Source: Candidatus Eiseniibacteriota bacterium (GTDB lineage Bacteria; Eisenbacteria; RBG-16-71-46; CAVPCR01). Taken from it: 64,000 nt of DNA. This document shows positions 8,152 to 18,153 of this stretch, in pieces. A model generated the notes under the pieces. It made no database searches. It was not told the origin of the DNA and worked only from the letters and a program-made list of their open reading frames with translations. The stretch covers positions 64,001 to 128,000 of the forward strand of contig CAVPCR010000005.1 of the NCBI GenBank assembly GCA_963702435.1. The letters run 5' to 3'. Position 1 is the stretch's first letter. Each line of letters starts with the position of its first letter. The position numbers and the translations under genes are program-made.

Positions 8152-10529
8152 TCCGGCACCTTGAGCACTTCGAAGTCCTCGCCGAACAGCGACTCGTCGA
8201 GCGCTTTCGTGCGCTCGTAAGCCTGCTTCGCGGCCAGGAGCTCGCGGGACAGCTGCTCGAAACCCGTGGCCGCCTCCTCATCGGTGGCCGCCCCGGCCCA
8301 GGTGTCCAGCACGCGCTCGGAGAAATCGCGCTCATCCGCCAGTCGCCCGAGGATCATGTCGATCTCGCCGATCACGAGCTCGAACATGTTGATCTTCCGA
8401 TCGAGAATCCCGAGCAGGTGGTCTTCCACGCTGCCCCGAGCGCACAGGTTGAGGATCTCGATCTCGGACTCCTGTCCGATGCGGTGCAGCCGGCCGATGC
8501 GTTGCTCGATCCGCATGGGATTCCAGGGCAAGTCGAGGTTCACCATGCGGTGGCAGAACTGCAGATTGCGCCCCTCCCCGCCGACCTCGGTGGCGACGAG
8601 AACCCGCTCGCCGGACCGGAAGCGTTCGACGGCGGCGTCCTTCTCCCTCGCGCTCATGCGGCCGTGAAAGAGCACCGGCCGCATGCCGCGCGCCTCGAGC
8701 TCGCGGCTCACGAAGCTGAGTGTCTCGAGGTAGCTGACGAAGACGATCGTCTGCTCGCGCGTGGAGGCGAGGATGTCGACCAGCCGGGCCACCTTGGTCG
8801 AGGTGCGGAGGCCGCCGGCCAGTGCGGCCAGCGCCCGCAACTCGCTGCGCAAGGCATCCTCCTCGCCGCCGACCGCCAGCAGGCCGGCGAGCGTCTTTGC
8901 GACCGCGGCCGGGCTGCTCCCCGCCTCCGACTGCAGGAGCCGGAGCGTGAGGCGATCGAGCGCGCCGTTTCCCTGCCCGGCGCGGTGATGAGCCCGCACC
9001 AGGGCCGAGAGCCGCGCGTACAGCTCCTCCTCGGCGGGCGCCGGCTCGACAACGATGGTCGTCGCATGGCGTGGCGGCAGCTTGAGCCCGGCCAGAGCCC
9101 GCGTGTTGCGGATCATCACCTCGGAGAGCAGCTCGCGGAGCTTCTGCTCGTTGAGCGGCACCGTGGGATCCTTCCTGGAAACGAACTCCTTCAGGAAGCT
9201 GGCAGGAGTCCGCAGCTGGCCGGGCTTGAGGAGGGTGATCAGGTTGTACAGCTCGAGGAGGTTGTTCTGCAGCGGTGTCGCGGTGAGGAGCAGCATGAAC
9301 CGCGACTTGAGCCCGTTGACGAGCTTCCACGCCTCGGTCGCGCTGTTCCGCAGGTGATGCGCCTCATCGACGACGATCAGGTCGAACTGCCGGGACATGA
9401 CCCGCTGCCGGTTGGACGCAGACTTGGCGAGCGACAAGGACGCGATCACGAGCGACTCGCGGGCCCAGAACGCATCCGGGTCGAGACGGCGTGACGGATC
9501 GGCGGTCGTGGCGAAGGAGAGATCGAACTTCCCCGCAAGCTCATCTTGCCACTGGCCGACGAGCGCCGGCGGGACGAGGACGAGCACCGACTGTGCCAGC
9601 CCGCGAAGCAGGTACTCCTTGATCACCATCCCGGCTTCCACGGTCTTGCCGAGCCCGACCTCATCGCAGAGGAGGGCACGCCCCCGGAAGCGCTTCAGAA
9701 CCTTGCGCACGGTCTCGATCTGGAACCAGAACTCCTGGACGCCGCGGAGCTGTGGCAGGCAGAGGAGCTCGTCCACGTTGTTGACGGCGGCGAGTCGAAA
9801 CGCCTCGACGCGCAGGGCGAGCCGCGGCCAGTCGACGCCTGCGCCGGCAGTCACCCGGGCCGCAAGACCGGTCTCCTCGACTTCGATCGAGACGCCGATC
9901 GGCCCGAGCTGGGGCCGCGGCAAGGCAAGCCCGGCGGAGACCGGCGGTGTCGGATCAGGGGCGGGCATCGGCGGTGGTGAGAGCGCGGTGTGCGGGGATG
10001 GTCCCGGACCCGGGCTCCTCGCTAGCGGCGAAAGAGGAGCGGCCGGCCGTGGAGCCCGCCGCCTGCCCGCCGGCGGTCGCCTGCCCGGCGCCGCCGCTCC
10101 CGATGCCAGGCGCCGCTCGAGGGCAACTACCGTGTACGGGCCGATCTTCCGCAGATGAGGATAGTGCTCTCTGAACTCTCCAAAGAACTGGCCCATGGCC
10201 CGCCGGTCGCCCGCCCCGAGCGCTACGAGCACGAGGTTCGCGAGCACGATCTCGCCCCGGTTCCCGCCTCGGTAGGCGTCGCGCAACCCGGCTGCGAGCA
10301 CCTCGGGCCAGCCCCCCTCGGAGCAGAGGATGACCAGTCCGACGATGGCCTCCTCGCAATGCGGATCGGAGAGGATCGCGCGGCGCAGCAGAGCAACAGC
10401 CTCGCCCGACTTCCCGGCCTGGAAGAGCACTCGCGCCCGATCGAGCTTGAGCGCGACCTCGTGCGCATCCGCCGGGCGCGGTCCGAACACCCTGGGCCGC
10501 CAAGCTCCCGCCATCCGATTCTGCGTCAA
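8148..10529 (-). CDS. SNF2-family helicase/ATPase (YqhH/RapA-like) with N-terminal TPR-like extension and Pro-rich linker
   Basis: DEVGLGKT, DEAHH, LTATPLQN, GGEGRNLQ, DLPWNPMRIEQRIGRLHRIGQ. Start uncertain. Confidence 0.92.
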   Translation of the reverse strand: MTQNRMAGAWRPRVFGPRPADAHEVALKLDRARVLFQAGKSGEAVALLRRAILSDPHCEEAIVGLVILCSEGGWPEVLAAGLRDAYRGGNRGEIVLANLVLVALGAGDRRAMGQFFGEFREHYPHLRKIGPYTVVALERRLASGAAAPGRRPPAGRRRAPRPAAPLSPLARSPGPGPSPHTALSPPPMPAPDPTPPVSAGLALPRPQLGPIGVSIEVEETGLAARVTAGAGVDWPRLALRVEAFRLAAVNNVDELLCLPQLRGVQEFWFQIETVRKVLKRFRGRALLCDEVGLGKTVEAGMVIKEYLLRGLAQSVLVLVPPALVGQWQDELAGKFDLSFATTADPSRRLDPDAFWARESLVIASLSLAKSASNRQRVMSRQFDLIVVDEAHHLRNSATEAWKLVNGLKSRFMLLLTATPLQNNLLELYNLITLLKPGQLRTPASFLKEFVSRKDPTVPLNEQKLRELLSEVMIRNTRALAGLKLPPRHATTIVVEPAPAEEELYARLSALVRAHHRAGQGNGALDRLTLRLLQSEAGSSPAAVAKTLAGLLAVGGEEDALRSELRALAALAGGLRTSTKVARLVDILASTREQTIVFVSYLETLSFVSRELEARGMRPVLFHGRMSAREKDAAVERFRSGERVLVATEVGGEGRNLQFCHRMVNLDLPWNPMRIEQRIGRLHRIGQESEIEILNLCARGSVEDHLLGILDRKINMFELVIGEIDMILGRLADERDFSERVLDTWAGAATDEEAATGFEQLSRELLAAKQAYERTKALDESLFGEDFEVLKVPE

Positions 10530-10852
10530 CGCCCGCTCCCACGATGCACGGACACCCAGGTCATCCCACGTCCCCCTGGCAGGTCAATCCTCGGGCCGGC
10601 CAGCGCCCGGGGCTTCCATCGAATACCACGGGACGGATACACCAACAACGGCTTTGCGCACGCGACCGCGATCCACCGCGTCGCATGTCGCGAGCCCGGC
10701 GGGCGGTGACCGCGGGTGGCGATCCTGACCACCACGTTTCCACAGCGTATCCACCATCCTGTTCACACCCCAGGATTGCCGGCGGCACACGGCATCACAA
10801 CCACCCCGGCTCAGGATGTGGCAAGAACCATGCCCCGGACAGGCGGGCGCGA

Positions 10853-11564
10853 TCAGACCGGACTGACCGACATCTCCCAGTTGCCGAGCCGCTCGAGGAG
10901 GTAAGACTTCTCCTGCTCGAACACATCGGCCTGCCGCTCGACGACCTCGCCGGCCCCGTCGGTGGTCAAGTCCGCAGTCTCCATGATGAAGGAGGCGACG
11001 CGACCGTGTAGATGGGCGTCATGGTCTCGACCAGCTTGTAGCGATCGCGGGACCAGCGCAGGTAGGAGTAGGCGAACTCGTACACGATTTGCGACCAGAG
11101 GTCCGGCGTGAAGCGGGCCTCCGGGTAGCGCAGCGCGGGGATATCGCTCAGGGCCGCAAAGCTCTCCGCGGAAAGGATCCCGCGCCAGAGCGGCGCGAAG
11201 GGCTCGTCGCCCGCCCGGAAGACCGCGCAGGCGCGAACTCCGAGCCGCTCGGCGGCCTGGAAGACCGCCCGGAGAGCCATCCCCTTCCCCGACAGGCCGC
11301 GATGGATGGCCACGACCTCGGCGCCTTGTCCGACTTGGTCTTCTGGGCGAGCTCCCGGGTATAGTCGAGGGAGCCGGCGTCCGAGACGAAGAGCACGTTC
11401 CGGGCCTCGGGGTAGCGGCGCTCGAGGCCGGCGTAGGCGGCGCTCATCACGCCGACGATCGTCTCCTCGCTGTTGTACGCTGGGATGCCGAGGAGGAGAT
11501 CGGCAGCCCCGATCTCGGCGATCCGCCGGAGCACGTACTCCCGGAGTGCAGTATCGTATTTCAT
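10853..11564 (-). pseudogene. Degraded GT2-type glucosyl-/mannosyl-glycerate synthase-like glycosyltransferase
   Basis: Three frames join: GIPAYNSEETI...SDAGSLD, then (frameshift ~11335) GKGMALRAVF, then an apparent internal deletion where the DxD motif should be, then LWSQIVYEFA...MTPIY, then (frameshift ~11007) GRVASFIMET...QADVFEQEKSYLLER, stop at 10853. Confidence 0.75.
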
Positions 11565-11653
11565 GCTGGTGACTCGCTCGAGGCCGCCGCGAGAACTCCG
11601 TGGGCGGCCGGCCAGGGCAGGGAGCGAGATCTACCTGGCGAGCGCGAGGCTCC

Positions 11654-13033
11654 GTGTCAAACCAAGACGCGCGCGAATCTCGAGATCTGGCGGTGACGGC
11701 ACGGAAGATCTGGGCGGCGGCGCTGCTGCGCGTGCTGCCGGCGGTCGTGCTGGCGCGCGCGCTCGAGCCGACGGGTCCGGATGAGATCGTCATCGCCGGT
11801 GAGCGGCTGTCGCTTGCGGGTGGCGCGCGGTGCCGCCTCCTCGCGCTCGGCAAGGCGGCCGATCCTCTCGCCCGGGCCGCTGTCATCCAGCTCGGCACGC
11901 GCCTCGACGACGGGCTCGTCGTCACCAAGAGCGGACATTCCGCGCACCCGGCGCCCCCGCGGATGCGCGTGATCGAGGCATCGCATCCGCTGCCCGATGC
12001 GCGGAGCGCCGCCGCTGGTCAGGCGATCGCCGACCTTCTGGCTGACGGACGGCGCACGGATCTCGTCCTCTGCCTCCTCTCGGGCGGCGCCTCGGCGCTC
12101 GCCACCTGGCCGCGGCCGCCGCTCACCGTCGTCGATCTCCGCCGCACGACCGATCTCCTGCTCCGGTCCGGGGCCCCGATCGGCGAGCTCAACGTCGTCC
12201 GCAAGCATCTCGACCGCTTGAAGGGAGGAGGCCTGATCCGGCTCGCCGCGCCCGCGCGCGTCCGCGCGCTCGCTCTCTCCGACGTGGTCGGCGACGACCC
12301 CTCCCTCATCGGAAGCGGCCCCGCGGTCCCCGACCCTTCCACGTTCGGCGATGCAGTCGCCGTTCTCCAGCGCCGCGATCTCATCGGCGCGATACCCCGC
12401 GCGGTGCGCGAGCTCCTCGCACGCGGCGTGCGGGGAGAAGAGCCGGAGACCCTCAAGCCGGACGATCCACTGGCCGGGCTCGCGGCGACGACCGTCATTG
12501 CGAACGGCGCCATGGCCCTCGACGCGGCCGCGCGGCGCGCGCGGGAGCTCGGCTTCCTCCCGCGGATCCTGGGGACGACGATCGAAGGCGAGGCTCGTGC
12601 GGTCGGAAGCGCGATCGCCGCGGAGGTGCGCGCGCTCGCCGGCCGGCGCCGGCAGGCATCCTCGCCGATCGCGCTCCTGTGGGCCGGTGAGACCACGGTG
12701 ACGGTCACCGGCCACGGCCTCGGCGGCCGCAATCAGGAGCTGGCCGTCGCCGCCGCCCTCGCGATCGACGGCCTCGCGGACGTGTGCGTGGCTGCGCTCG
12801 GCACCGACGGCACCGACGGCCCGACCGATGCGGCGGGAGGGCTTGTCGACGGCTCGACCGCGGCCCGCGCGCGGAGTGCCGGTGTCGACCTCGAGGCGGC
12901 GCTCGTGCGCAACAACTCCTACTCCGCCCTCGACGCGCTCGGCGCGCTCATCCGGACCGGCCCCACAGGCACGCACGTCAACGACATCGGCGTAGCCCTG
13001 ATCAGGATGGGGCGCGTCAGAGCCAGGCCGTGA
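11654..13033 (+). CDS. Glycerate 2-kinase, class II (DUF4147 + MOFRL)
   Basis: ALGKAA, ASHPLPD, LLSGGASAL, RKHL..LKGGGL, SDVVGDD..IGSGP, GETTV...GGRNQE, GTDGTDGPTDAAGG, TGPTGTHVND. GTG start assumed. Confidence 0.93.
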   Translation: MSNQDARESRDLAVTARKIWAAALLRVLPAVVLARALEPTGPDEIVIAGERLSLAGGARCRLLALGKAADPLARAAVIQLGTRLDDGLVVTKSGHSAHPAPPRMRVIEASHPLPDARSAAAGQAIADLLADGRRTDLVLCLLSGGASALATWPRPPLTVVDLRRTTDLLLRSGAPIGELNVVRKHLDRLKGGGLIRLAAPARVRALALSDVVGDDPSLIGSGPAVPDPSTFGDAVAVLQRRDLIGAIPRAVRELLARGVRGEEPETLKPDDPLAGLAATTVIANGAMALDAAARRARELGFLPRILGTTIEGEARAVGSAIAAEVRALAGRRRQASSPIALLWAGETTVTVTGHGLGGRNQELAVAAALAIDGLADVCVAALGTDGTDGPTDAAGGLVDGSTAARARSAGVDLEAALVRNNSYSALDALGALIRTGPTGTHVNDIGVALIRMGRVRARP

Positions 13034-16000
13034 GGCGCTGGCGGACCGCGGCGAGGAGGCGTGCGAGCTCCGAGCCGGGACCAGCGCCGCTCCGGGCGAC
13101 CAGGCCCTCGGCTTCATCGAGAGTGCAGCGCGCGGCAGCGGTGTTCCCGCTCTCCTGCTCGAGCTCGGCACGTGCGCAGAGGAGCTTGACCAGGTCGAGG
13201 CGCGCGTCCAGCGCGCGGAGAATGGCCTCGCTCCGCGCGAGGACCTCGCGCGCCTCCTCGTGGCGCCCTTCCATCCGGAGTAGACCGCCCAGGCTGCCGA
13301 GAACGACTCCTTCGGCGGTCCGGTTCCCGACCTCGGCGGCGATCGCGAGCGCCGACTCGTAGTGGGCGCGCGCCTCGGCCGGCCGGCCCTGTGCGCGCCG
13401 GAGGTCGCCGAGCTCCCCGAGCACGTTGCACTCGAAGCGGCGGCTCCTCACCTCCCGGGCGATTTCGAGCGCCGCTTCGTAGTGCATCGCGGCCACGTCA
13501 AGCTGCCCTTCCTGCGCGTGCACGCTGCCGAGGTAGCCGTGCACGACCCCCTCGAAGCGCCGGTCGCCGAACTCCCGATGGATCGCGAGCGCCGCCTCGA
13601 AGCACTGGCGAGCTTCGGCGTGACGGCCCTGGTCGGCCAGCACGTTGCCCAGGCTGCCGAGAACGTGCCCTTCCGAGCGCCGGCTGCCGACCTCGCGGTG
13701 AACAACCAGCGCCGCCTCGTGCCGGGCCTGCGCTTCGTCCAGCCGGCCCTGCGCGCGCGAGAGATTGCCGAGGTTGCTGAGGACGATACCCTCGGCCGCC
13801 CGATTCCCCACCTCGCGGTCGATGGCGAGCGCAGCCTCGTAGTGGGCCTGCGCCTCCGCGAGCTGTCCCTGCTCGCGGCACACGATGCCCAGGTTCCCGA
13901 GGACCACGCCCTCCATCCGCCGCGCGCCGATGTCGCGGCAGATGGCGAGTGCCGACTCGTAGTGCATTCGCGCCGTGTCGATCTCGCCACGCGCGCGGTG
14001 ATAGTTGGCCAGGTTGTTGCAAACGGTCGCCTCCTGGTCACGGGCTCCCCGTTCGCGGAAGATGGCGAGCGCCGCCCCGTAATGCGTGCGCGCCTCATCC
14101 ACCCGGCCCACGAACCACTCTGCGGACGCGAGCGACACGAGCACATCGGCTCTCGCCTCGGGATCCAGGCCAGGAACCTCGGCCAGGGCACGTCCCAGCT
14201 CGAGCGCCGTGGCCATCGGCCCGCGGAGCTCGAGCAGCGCCCAGGCGATGCGGAAGGTCGCATGCGCAACGTCCCCGTCGCCGCGGTCCACAGCTCGCCG
14301 GCAAGCCGACAGGAGGTTGTCGAGATCGCGCTCCGCGCGCCGCCGCTCTGCGCCGCCCTCGCGCTCGAAGTCCGCCAGTGTCTCCTTCGTTCCGTATCGC
14401 GCGTACCACCGGCCGTGACGCTCTTCGGCCGCCCGCTCCGCCGCGGCACCGCTCCCGCCCCGCGTCACCGCACGCTCGTCCCCAAGCTTCCGGCGCGCGT
14501 ATTCCTGCAAGCTCACGTACATCCCGAAACGCATCTCGGACTGGCCCGTACCCGCCGCCGCCGGGGGCGAGATCCGCAGGAGGCTCTTGTCGGCCAGCGC
14601 CTGCACGACATCCACCAACCACGGCGCGTCGCTCCAGGCGCTCAGATCGAGCACTCCTTCGGCGGCCGCCAGGGTGAACCCGCCCTCGAACACGGCACAC
14701 TGCGCCCACGCCGCCTGCTCCCACTCCGCAAGCATCTCCCACGACTCATCGATCACGGCCTCGAGGCTCGAATGCCGCCCGCGCGCCGTCCCGCCCAGGA
14801 CGCGGAACCGCTCGTGCAACCGCGCGGCTAGCTCGTCCACGGTCATGATGCGCACGCGGGCCGCGGCCAGCTCGATCGCCAGCGGCAGGCCCTCGGTCAT
14901 GCGCACGACCTCGCGCACCGCCGCCTCGTCCGGCGCCGCGGGCGCGAACGCGGTCGCGTGCCGCCGCGCCCGCTCGAGGAAAAGCTCGGCTCCCGGCTCG
15001 GGCCCCAGCGGATCAACCACGAGCACCTCTTCCCCGCGCGCCTCGAGTCGCTCGCGGCTGGTCGCGAGGAAGCGGACCTCCGGCGCCCGATCGAGCCACC
15101 GCGCGACCGCCGCCGCCGTATCACCACGCACCTGCTCGCAGTTGTCGAGGATGACGAGGGCGCTCCCGCGCCCGGCGATGGCGTGCCCGAGCTGGGTCAC
15201 CGGATCGCCCTTGTCGAGCGGCACGGCCAGCGCGCCCGCCACCGCTGCCACGATCCCGTTCCGGTCGCGCGCCTCGGTCAGGTCGCAGAACCACACCCCA
15301 CCCGGCCAGGCGTCCTGGCTCTGCCGTCCGAAGTGGACCGCAAGCCGCGTCTTGCCGATGCCGCCGGGACCGAGGAGTGTCACGAGCCGCGCCGCCGCGA
15401 GTCGTTCGCCGAGCCGGGCCAGCTCCGCCGCGCGCCCGATGAATGCATCGAGCTCCGCCGGCAACGTATGTCGCACCGCGACCGCCGCGGCAAGCTGCCC
15501 TGCGAGCGCATGCGCGAGGTCGGCCGCCCGCGCGAAGCGCGCTTCCGGCGCCGGGGCCGTCGCCTGTTCGATCGCGGCGGCGAGCGCGGTGGAAACGTCC
15601 GGACGCTCATCGCCAAGCGCCCGCAGCGGCCCGCGCAGCGCCTCGGTCTTGAGCTCGGCCAGGGATCGAGCGGCGAAGGGCGGATGCCCGGTGAGCGCCC
15701 AGCGCAAGGTCACGCCGAGCGCGTAGAGATCGGAGCGCGGCGACGGCGGTTCGCCGGCGAAGAGCTCCGGCGCCATGAACAGCGGCGTGCCCGCGGTCCG
15801 CCACGGCTCGCCGGCGCCCCCCTGCGGTCGGCCGAGGCCGAAGTCGGTGAGGACCACGCGTCCGCCGCGCTCGAGGACCACGTTGGCCGGCTTCACGTCG
15901 CGGTGCACAAGGCCCGCCTCGTGGACAGCGTCGAGGGCGAGCGCCAGCTCGCGGCCGATGCGCGCTACTTGCGCAGGCGCAAGCGGCCCACCACGCTCGA

Positions 16001-16520
16001 TCGCTGCCGCGAGCGTCTCGCCGTCGAGGAGCTCCATCCACATGCCCACCCGTCCGTCGTGCTCGGCAATCCCGTACACGGTGACAATGGCCGGATGGCG
16101 GAGACGTGCGAGCACCCGCGCCTCGGCGAGAAGCGGATTCGCCTCCCCTGACACCGGCAGCGGCTCGTCGCGGGTGAGCGGAAACTTGAGCGCCACCTCG
16201 CGCTGGAGGCGAGCATCCCATGCCCGCCACACCTCGCCACTCGCGCCGGCTCCCAGCTGCTCGACGAGGACCAGGCTCCCCCAGCGCGGCGCCCCGTCAG
16301 GCATCGGAGACGCATCGCCGGCCGCTCCCCCCTCGCCGCGTGGAGAGCGCTGCAGCGTGCGATGGAAAGCGGCGATGCGCGAGATGTCCTGGAGCGCCAC
16401 CGCCTCGAGGTACTCGTCCTCGCCGAGCGTCGACGCGACGGCCCAGTCGAGCGGCGTCCCGTCCGAGAGGGACGTCGCGAGAACATCGAGCGGGCTTGTC
16501 TTCTCCGGATCGGGCTGCAT
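13017..16520 (-). CDS. Ser/Thr kinase - STAND ATPase - TPR protein (paralogue of 915-4115, longer TPR array)
   Basis: HRDVKPAN, DFG, APE; GPGGIGKT; VILDNCE; GLPLAIELAA; about 8 40-aa TPR units with 120-bp periodicity at ~13250-14100. Confidence 0.93.
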   Translation of the reverse strand: MQPDPEKTSPLDVLATSLSDGTPLDWAVASTLGEDEYLEAVALQDISRIAAFHRTLQRSPRGEGGAAGDASPMPDGAPRWGSLVLVEQLGAGASGEVWRAWDARLQREVALKFPLTRDEPLPVSGEANPLLAEARVLARLRHPAIVTVYGIAEHDGRVGMWMELLDGETLAAAIERGGPLAPAQVARIGRELALALDAVHEAGLVHRDVKPANVVLERGGRVVLTDFGLGRPQGGAGEPWRTAGTPLFMAPELFAGEPPSPRSDLYALGVTLRWALTGHPPFAARSLAELKTEALRGPLRALGDERPDVSTALAAAIEQATAPAPEARFARAADLAHALAGQLAAAVAVRHTLPAELDAFIGRAAELARLGERLAAARLVTLLGPGGIGKTRLAVHFGRQSQDAWPGGVWFCDLTEARDRNGIVAAVAGALAVPLDKGDPVTQLGHAIAGRGSALVILDNCEQVRGDTAAAVARWLDRAPEVRFLATSRERLEARGEEVLVVDPLGPEPGAELFLERARRHATAFAPAAPDEAAVREVVRMTEGLPLAIELAAARVRIMTVDELAARLHERFRVLGGTARGRHSSLEAVIDESWEMLAEWEQAAWAQCAVFEGGFTLAAAEGVLDLSAWSDAPWLVDVVQALADKSLLRISPPAAAGTGQSEMRFGMYVSLQEYARRKLGDERAVTRGGSGAAAERAAEERHGRWYARYGTKETLADFEREGGAERRRAERDLDNLLSACRRAVDRGDGDVAHATFRIAWALLELRGPMATALELGRALAEVPGLDPEARADVLVSLASAEWFVGRVDEARTHYGAALAIFRERGARDQEATVCNNLANYHRARGEIDTARMHYESALAICRDIGARRMEGVVLGNLGIVCREQGQLAEAQAHYEAALAIDREVGNRAAEGIVLSNLGNLSRAQGRLDEAQARHEAALVVHREVGSRRSEGHVLGSLGNVLADQGRHAEARQCFEAALAIHREFGDRRFEGVVHGYLGSVHAQEGQLDVAAMHYEAALEIAREVRSRRFECNVLGELGDLRRAQGRPAEARAHYESALAIAAEVGNRTAEGVVLGSLGGLLRMEGRHEEAREVLARSEAILRALDARLDLVKLLCARAELEQESGNTAAARCTLDEAEGLVARSGAGPGSELARLLAAVRQRLTAWL

Positions 16521-16545
16521 GGCCGGCGGGCGTGGCTCGCGCTCG

Positions 16546-17019
16546 CTAGGCGGCGGTCCTGACCGCGGCCTTGCGCAGCAGGCCCACCTGTCCCGCGTGG
16601 TAGAGCATGTGCTCGAGCTCCCCCATGATCAGCCCGAACCAGGTGTCATCCAGCCCTGGACGATGCATGTGGAGCTGATCGGACGGGAACTGCCCGACCG
16701 CATCGCAAAGCGCGTTCCCGGCCATGAACAGCCGCGCCATCGCCGCCACCCAGGCGCCGTCATCAGCGAGCGCCGCCGGCGGCCAGTCCTCGGCCGCCGT
16801 GACCTCGAATGACTCGCCCGCGAGCCGGCGCCGCGCCACGTCGTGCCAGGTCGTCGCATGGAGAACGATCTCGGCGATCGTGTGCGCCCCGGGGATCGGC
16901 CGCTCGAGGGCCCCGGCCCGGGTCACGCCCGCCAGGGCCTCGTGCCAGGAGGGACCGTGCCAGGCGCCTCCGTGGAGGGCCAGTCCCATCTGCCGGGCCA
17001 GCCTCTTCGCGTCGCTCAT
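16546..17019 (-). CDS. DinB/YfiT family protein
   Basis: AWHGPS...HTIAEIVLH...EHMLYHAGQV; GGAGG RBS before ATG 17019. Confidence 0.85.
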   Translation of the reverse strand: MSDAKRLARQMGLALHGGAWHGPSWHEALAGVTRAGALERPIPGAHTIAEIVLHATTWHDVARRRLAGESFEVTAAEDWPPAALADDGAWVAAMARLFMAGNALCDAVGQFPSDQLHMHRPGLDDTWFGLIMGELEHMLYHAGQVGLLRKAAVRTAA

Positions 17020-17299
17020 CGCCACCTCCGGGAAGGGGGGGTCGATCTCGACCGACAACCAAGGTGGATTGCTGGAGCAATGATAGCTCCAAGTTCCACC
17101 TCGTTGGTCGTCGAATCGCCGGACCCGGTGGCGAACCTTGGGGAGGGTCCTCCCGGAGTCCCCCTCGAGGATCCTGGTCAGGGCGGCCCGCTCCGCCACC
17201 ACGATCGTGCACGGATGTCACGGATGTCATGGCACAGAGGCTTGACAGCAGGCGGTACCGCGCGTTGCGTGTGCGTTCGATCCGGTGCTAGCCTGCCTC

Positions 17300-18127
17300 A
17301 TGCAGATCCTCGGACTTGTCCTCAAGATGTCGATCGCCGCTCTCGTCTTCGCCACCGGGCTCAAGGCCTCACCGGATGACATCGCCTGGTTGTGGCGGCG
17401 CCCGGCCCTCCTCCTCAAGGCGTTCCTCGCGATGTACGTCGCGGTCCCGCTCGCGGCCATCCTGATGGTGCGCACGCTCGATCTGCCCGCCGGGACGGAG
17501 ATCGCGATCGTGGTGCTCGCCATCTGCGCCGGGGCGCCCCTCCTGCCGCGGAAGCTCGTCAATCTCGGCGGCGACCCCCGGTACGCGATCAGCCTGGTCG
17601 TGGCCACCTCGCTCCTCGCGGTCCTGGCCGTTCCGGCCTGGCTCCACATCCTCGGGAGCTGGCTTGCGATCAACACGTCGCTGGCACCCGTCGATATCGC
17701 GCGGATTCTCGCCAAGACCTTCCTCGCGCCGCTCGGCGCCGGCCTCCTCGTCCGCGCCGTCGTCCCCGGGATGGCCAGAGCCGGCGATCATCTCCTCAGG
17801 CTGGCCATGATCGCGCTCGCCCTGTGCGCCATCGTGCTCCTCGTCGCCCTGCGGCACGAGGTCGTGGCTCTCGGGCTCCCCTCGTTTCTCGCGTTCGCCG
17901 GCCTCGCTCTCGCCGGGATCGCGGCGGGACACCTGCTCGGCGGGCCGGATCCGTCCCACCGCACCTCGCTCGCCGTCTCCTGCACGACGCGCCACATCGG
18001 CCTCGCGCTCCTCATCGCCGCCAGGGCCCCCAGCCCGCGCGTGCTCGCCTTCGTGATCGCCTACGTGCTCGCGACCGTCCTCGTCTCGATCCCCTACGTC
18101 AGGTGGCGGCAGCGGACCAGTAGCTGA
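17300..18127 (+). CDS. Bile acid:Na+ symporter (BASS) family transporter
   Basis: About 9 hydrophobic segments; ICAGAPLLP; GHLLGGPDPSHRTSLAVSCTTRHIGLAL. Confidence 0.8.
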   Translation: MQILGLVLKMSIAALVFATGLKASPDDIAWLWRRPALLLKAFLAMYVAVPLAAILMVRTLDLPAGTEIAIVVLAICAGAPLLPRKLVNLGGDPRYAISLVVATSLLAVLAVPAWLHILGSWLAINTSLAPVDIARILAKTFLAPLGAGLLVRAVVPGMARAGDHLLRLAMIALALCAIVLLVALRHEVVALGLPSFLAFAGLALAGIAAGHLLGGPDPSHRTSLAVSCTTRHIGLALLIAARAPSPRVLAFVIAYVLATVLVSIPYVRWRQRTSS

Positions 18128-18153
18128 CCCGGACTCCGGGCAGCGGCCGGCCG

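Noticed and set aside
17210..17230. 9-bp tandem CACGGATGT x2 between dinB and the BASS gene
   Set aside because: It could be an operator, but two short copies cannot be distinguished from chance.
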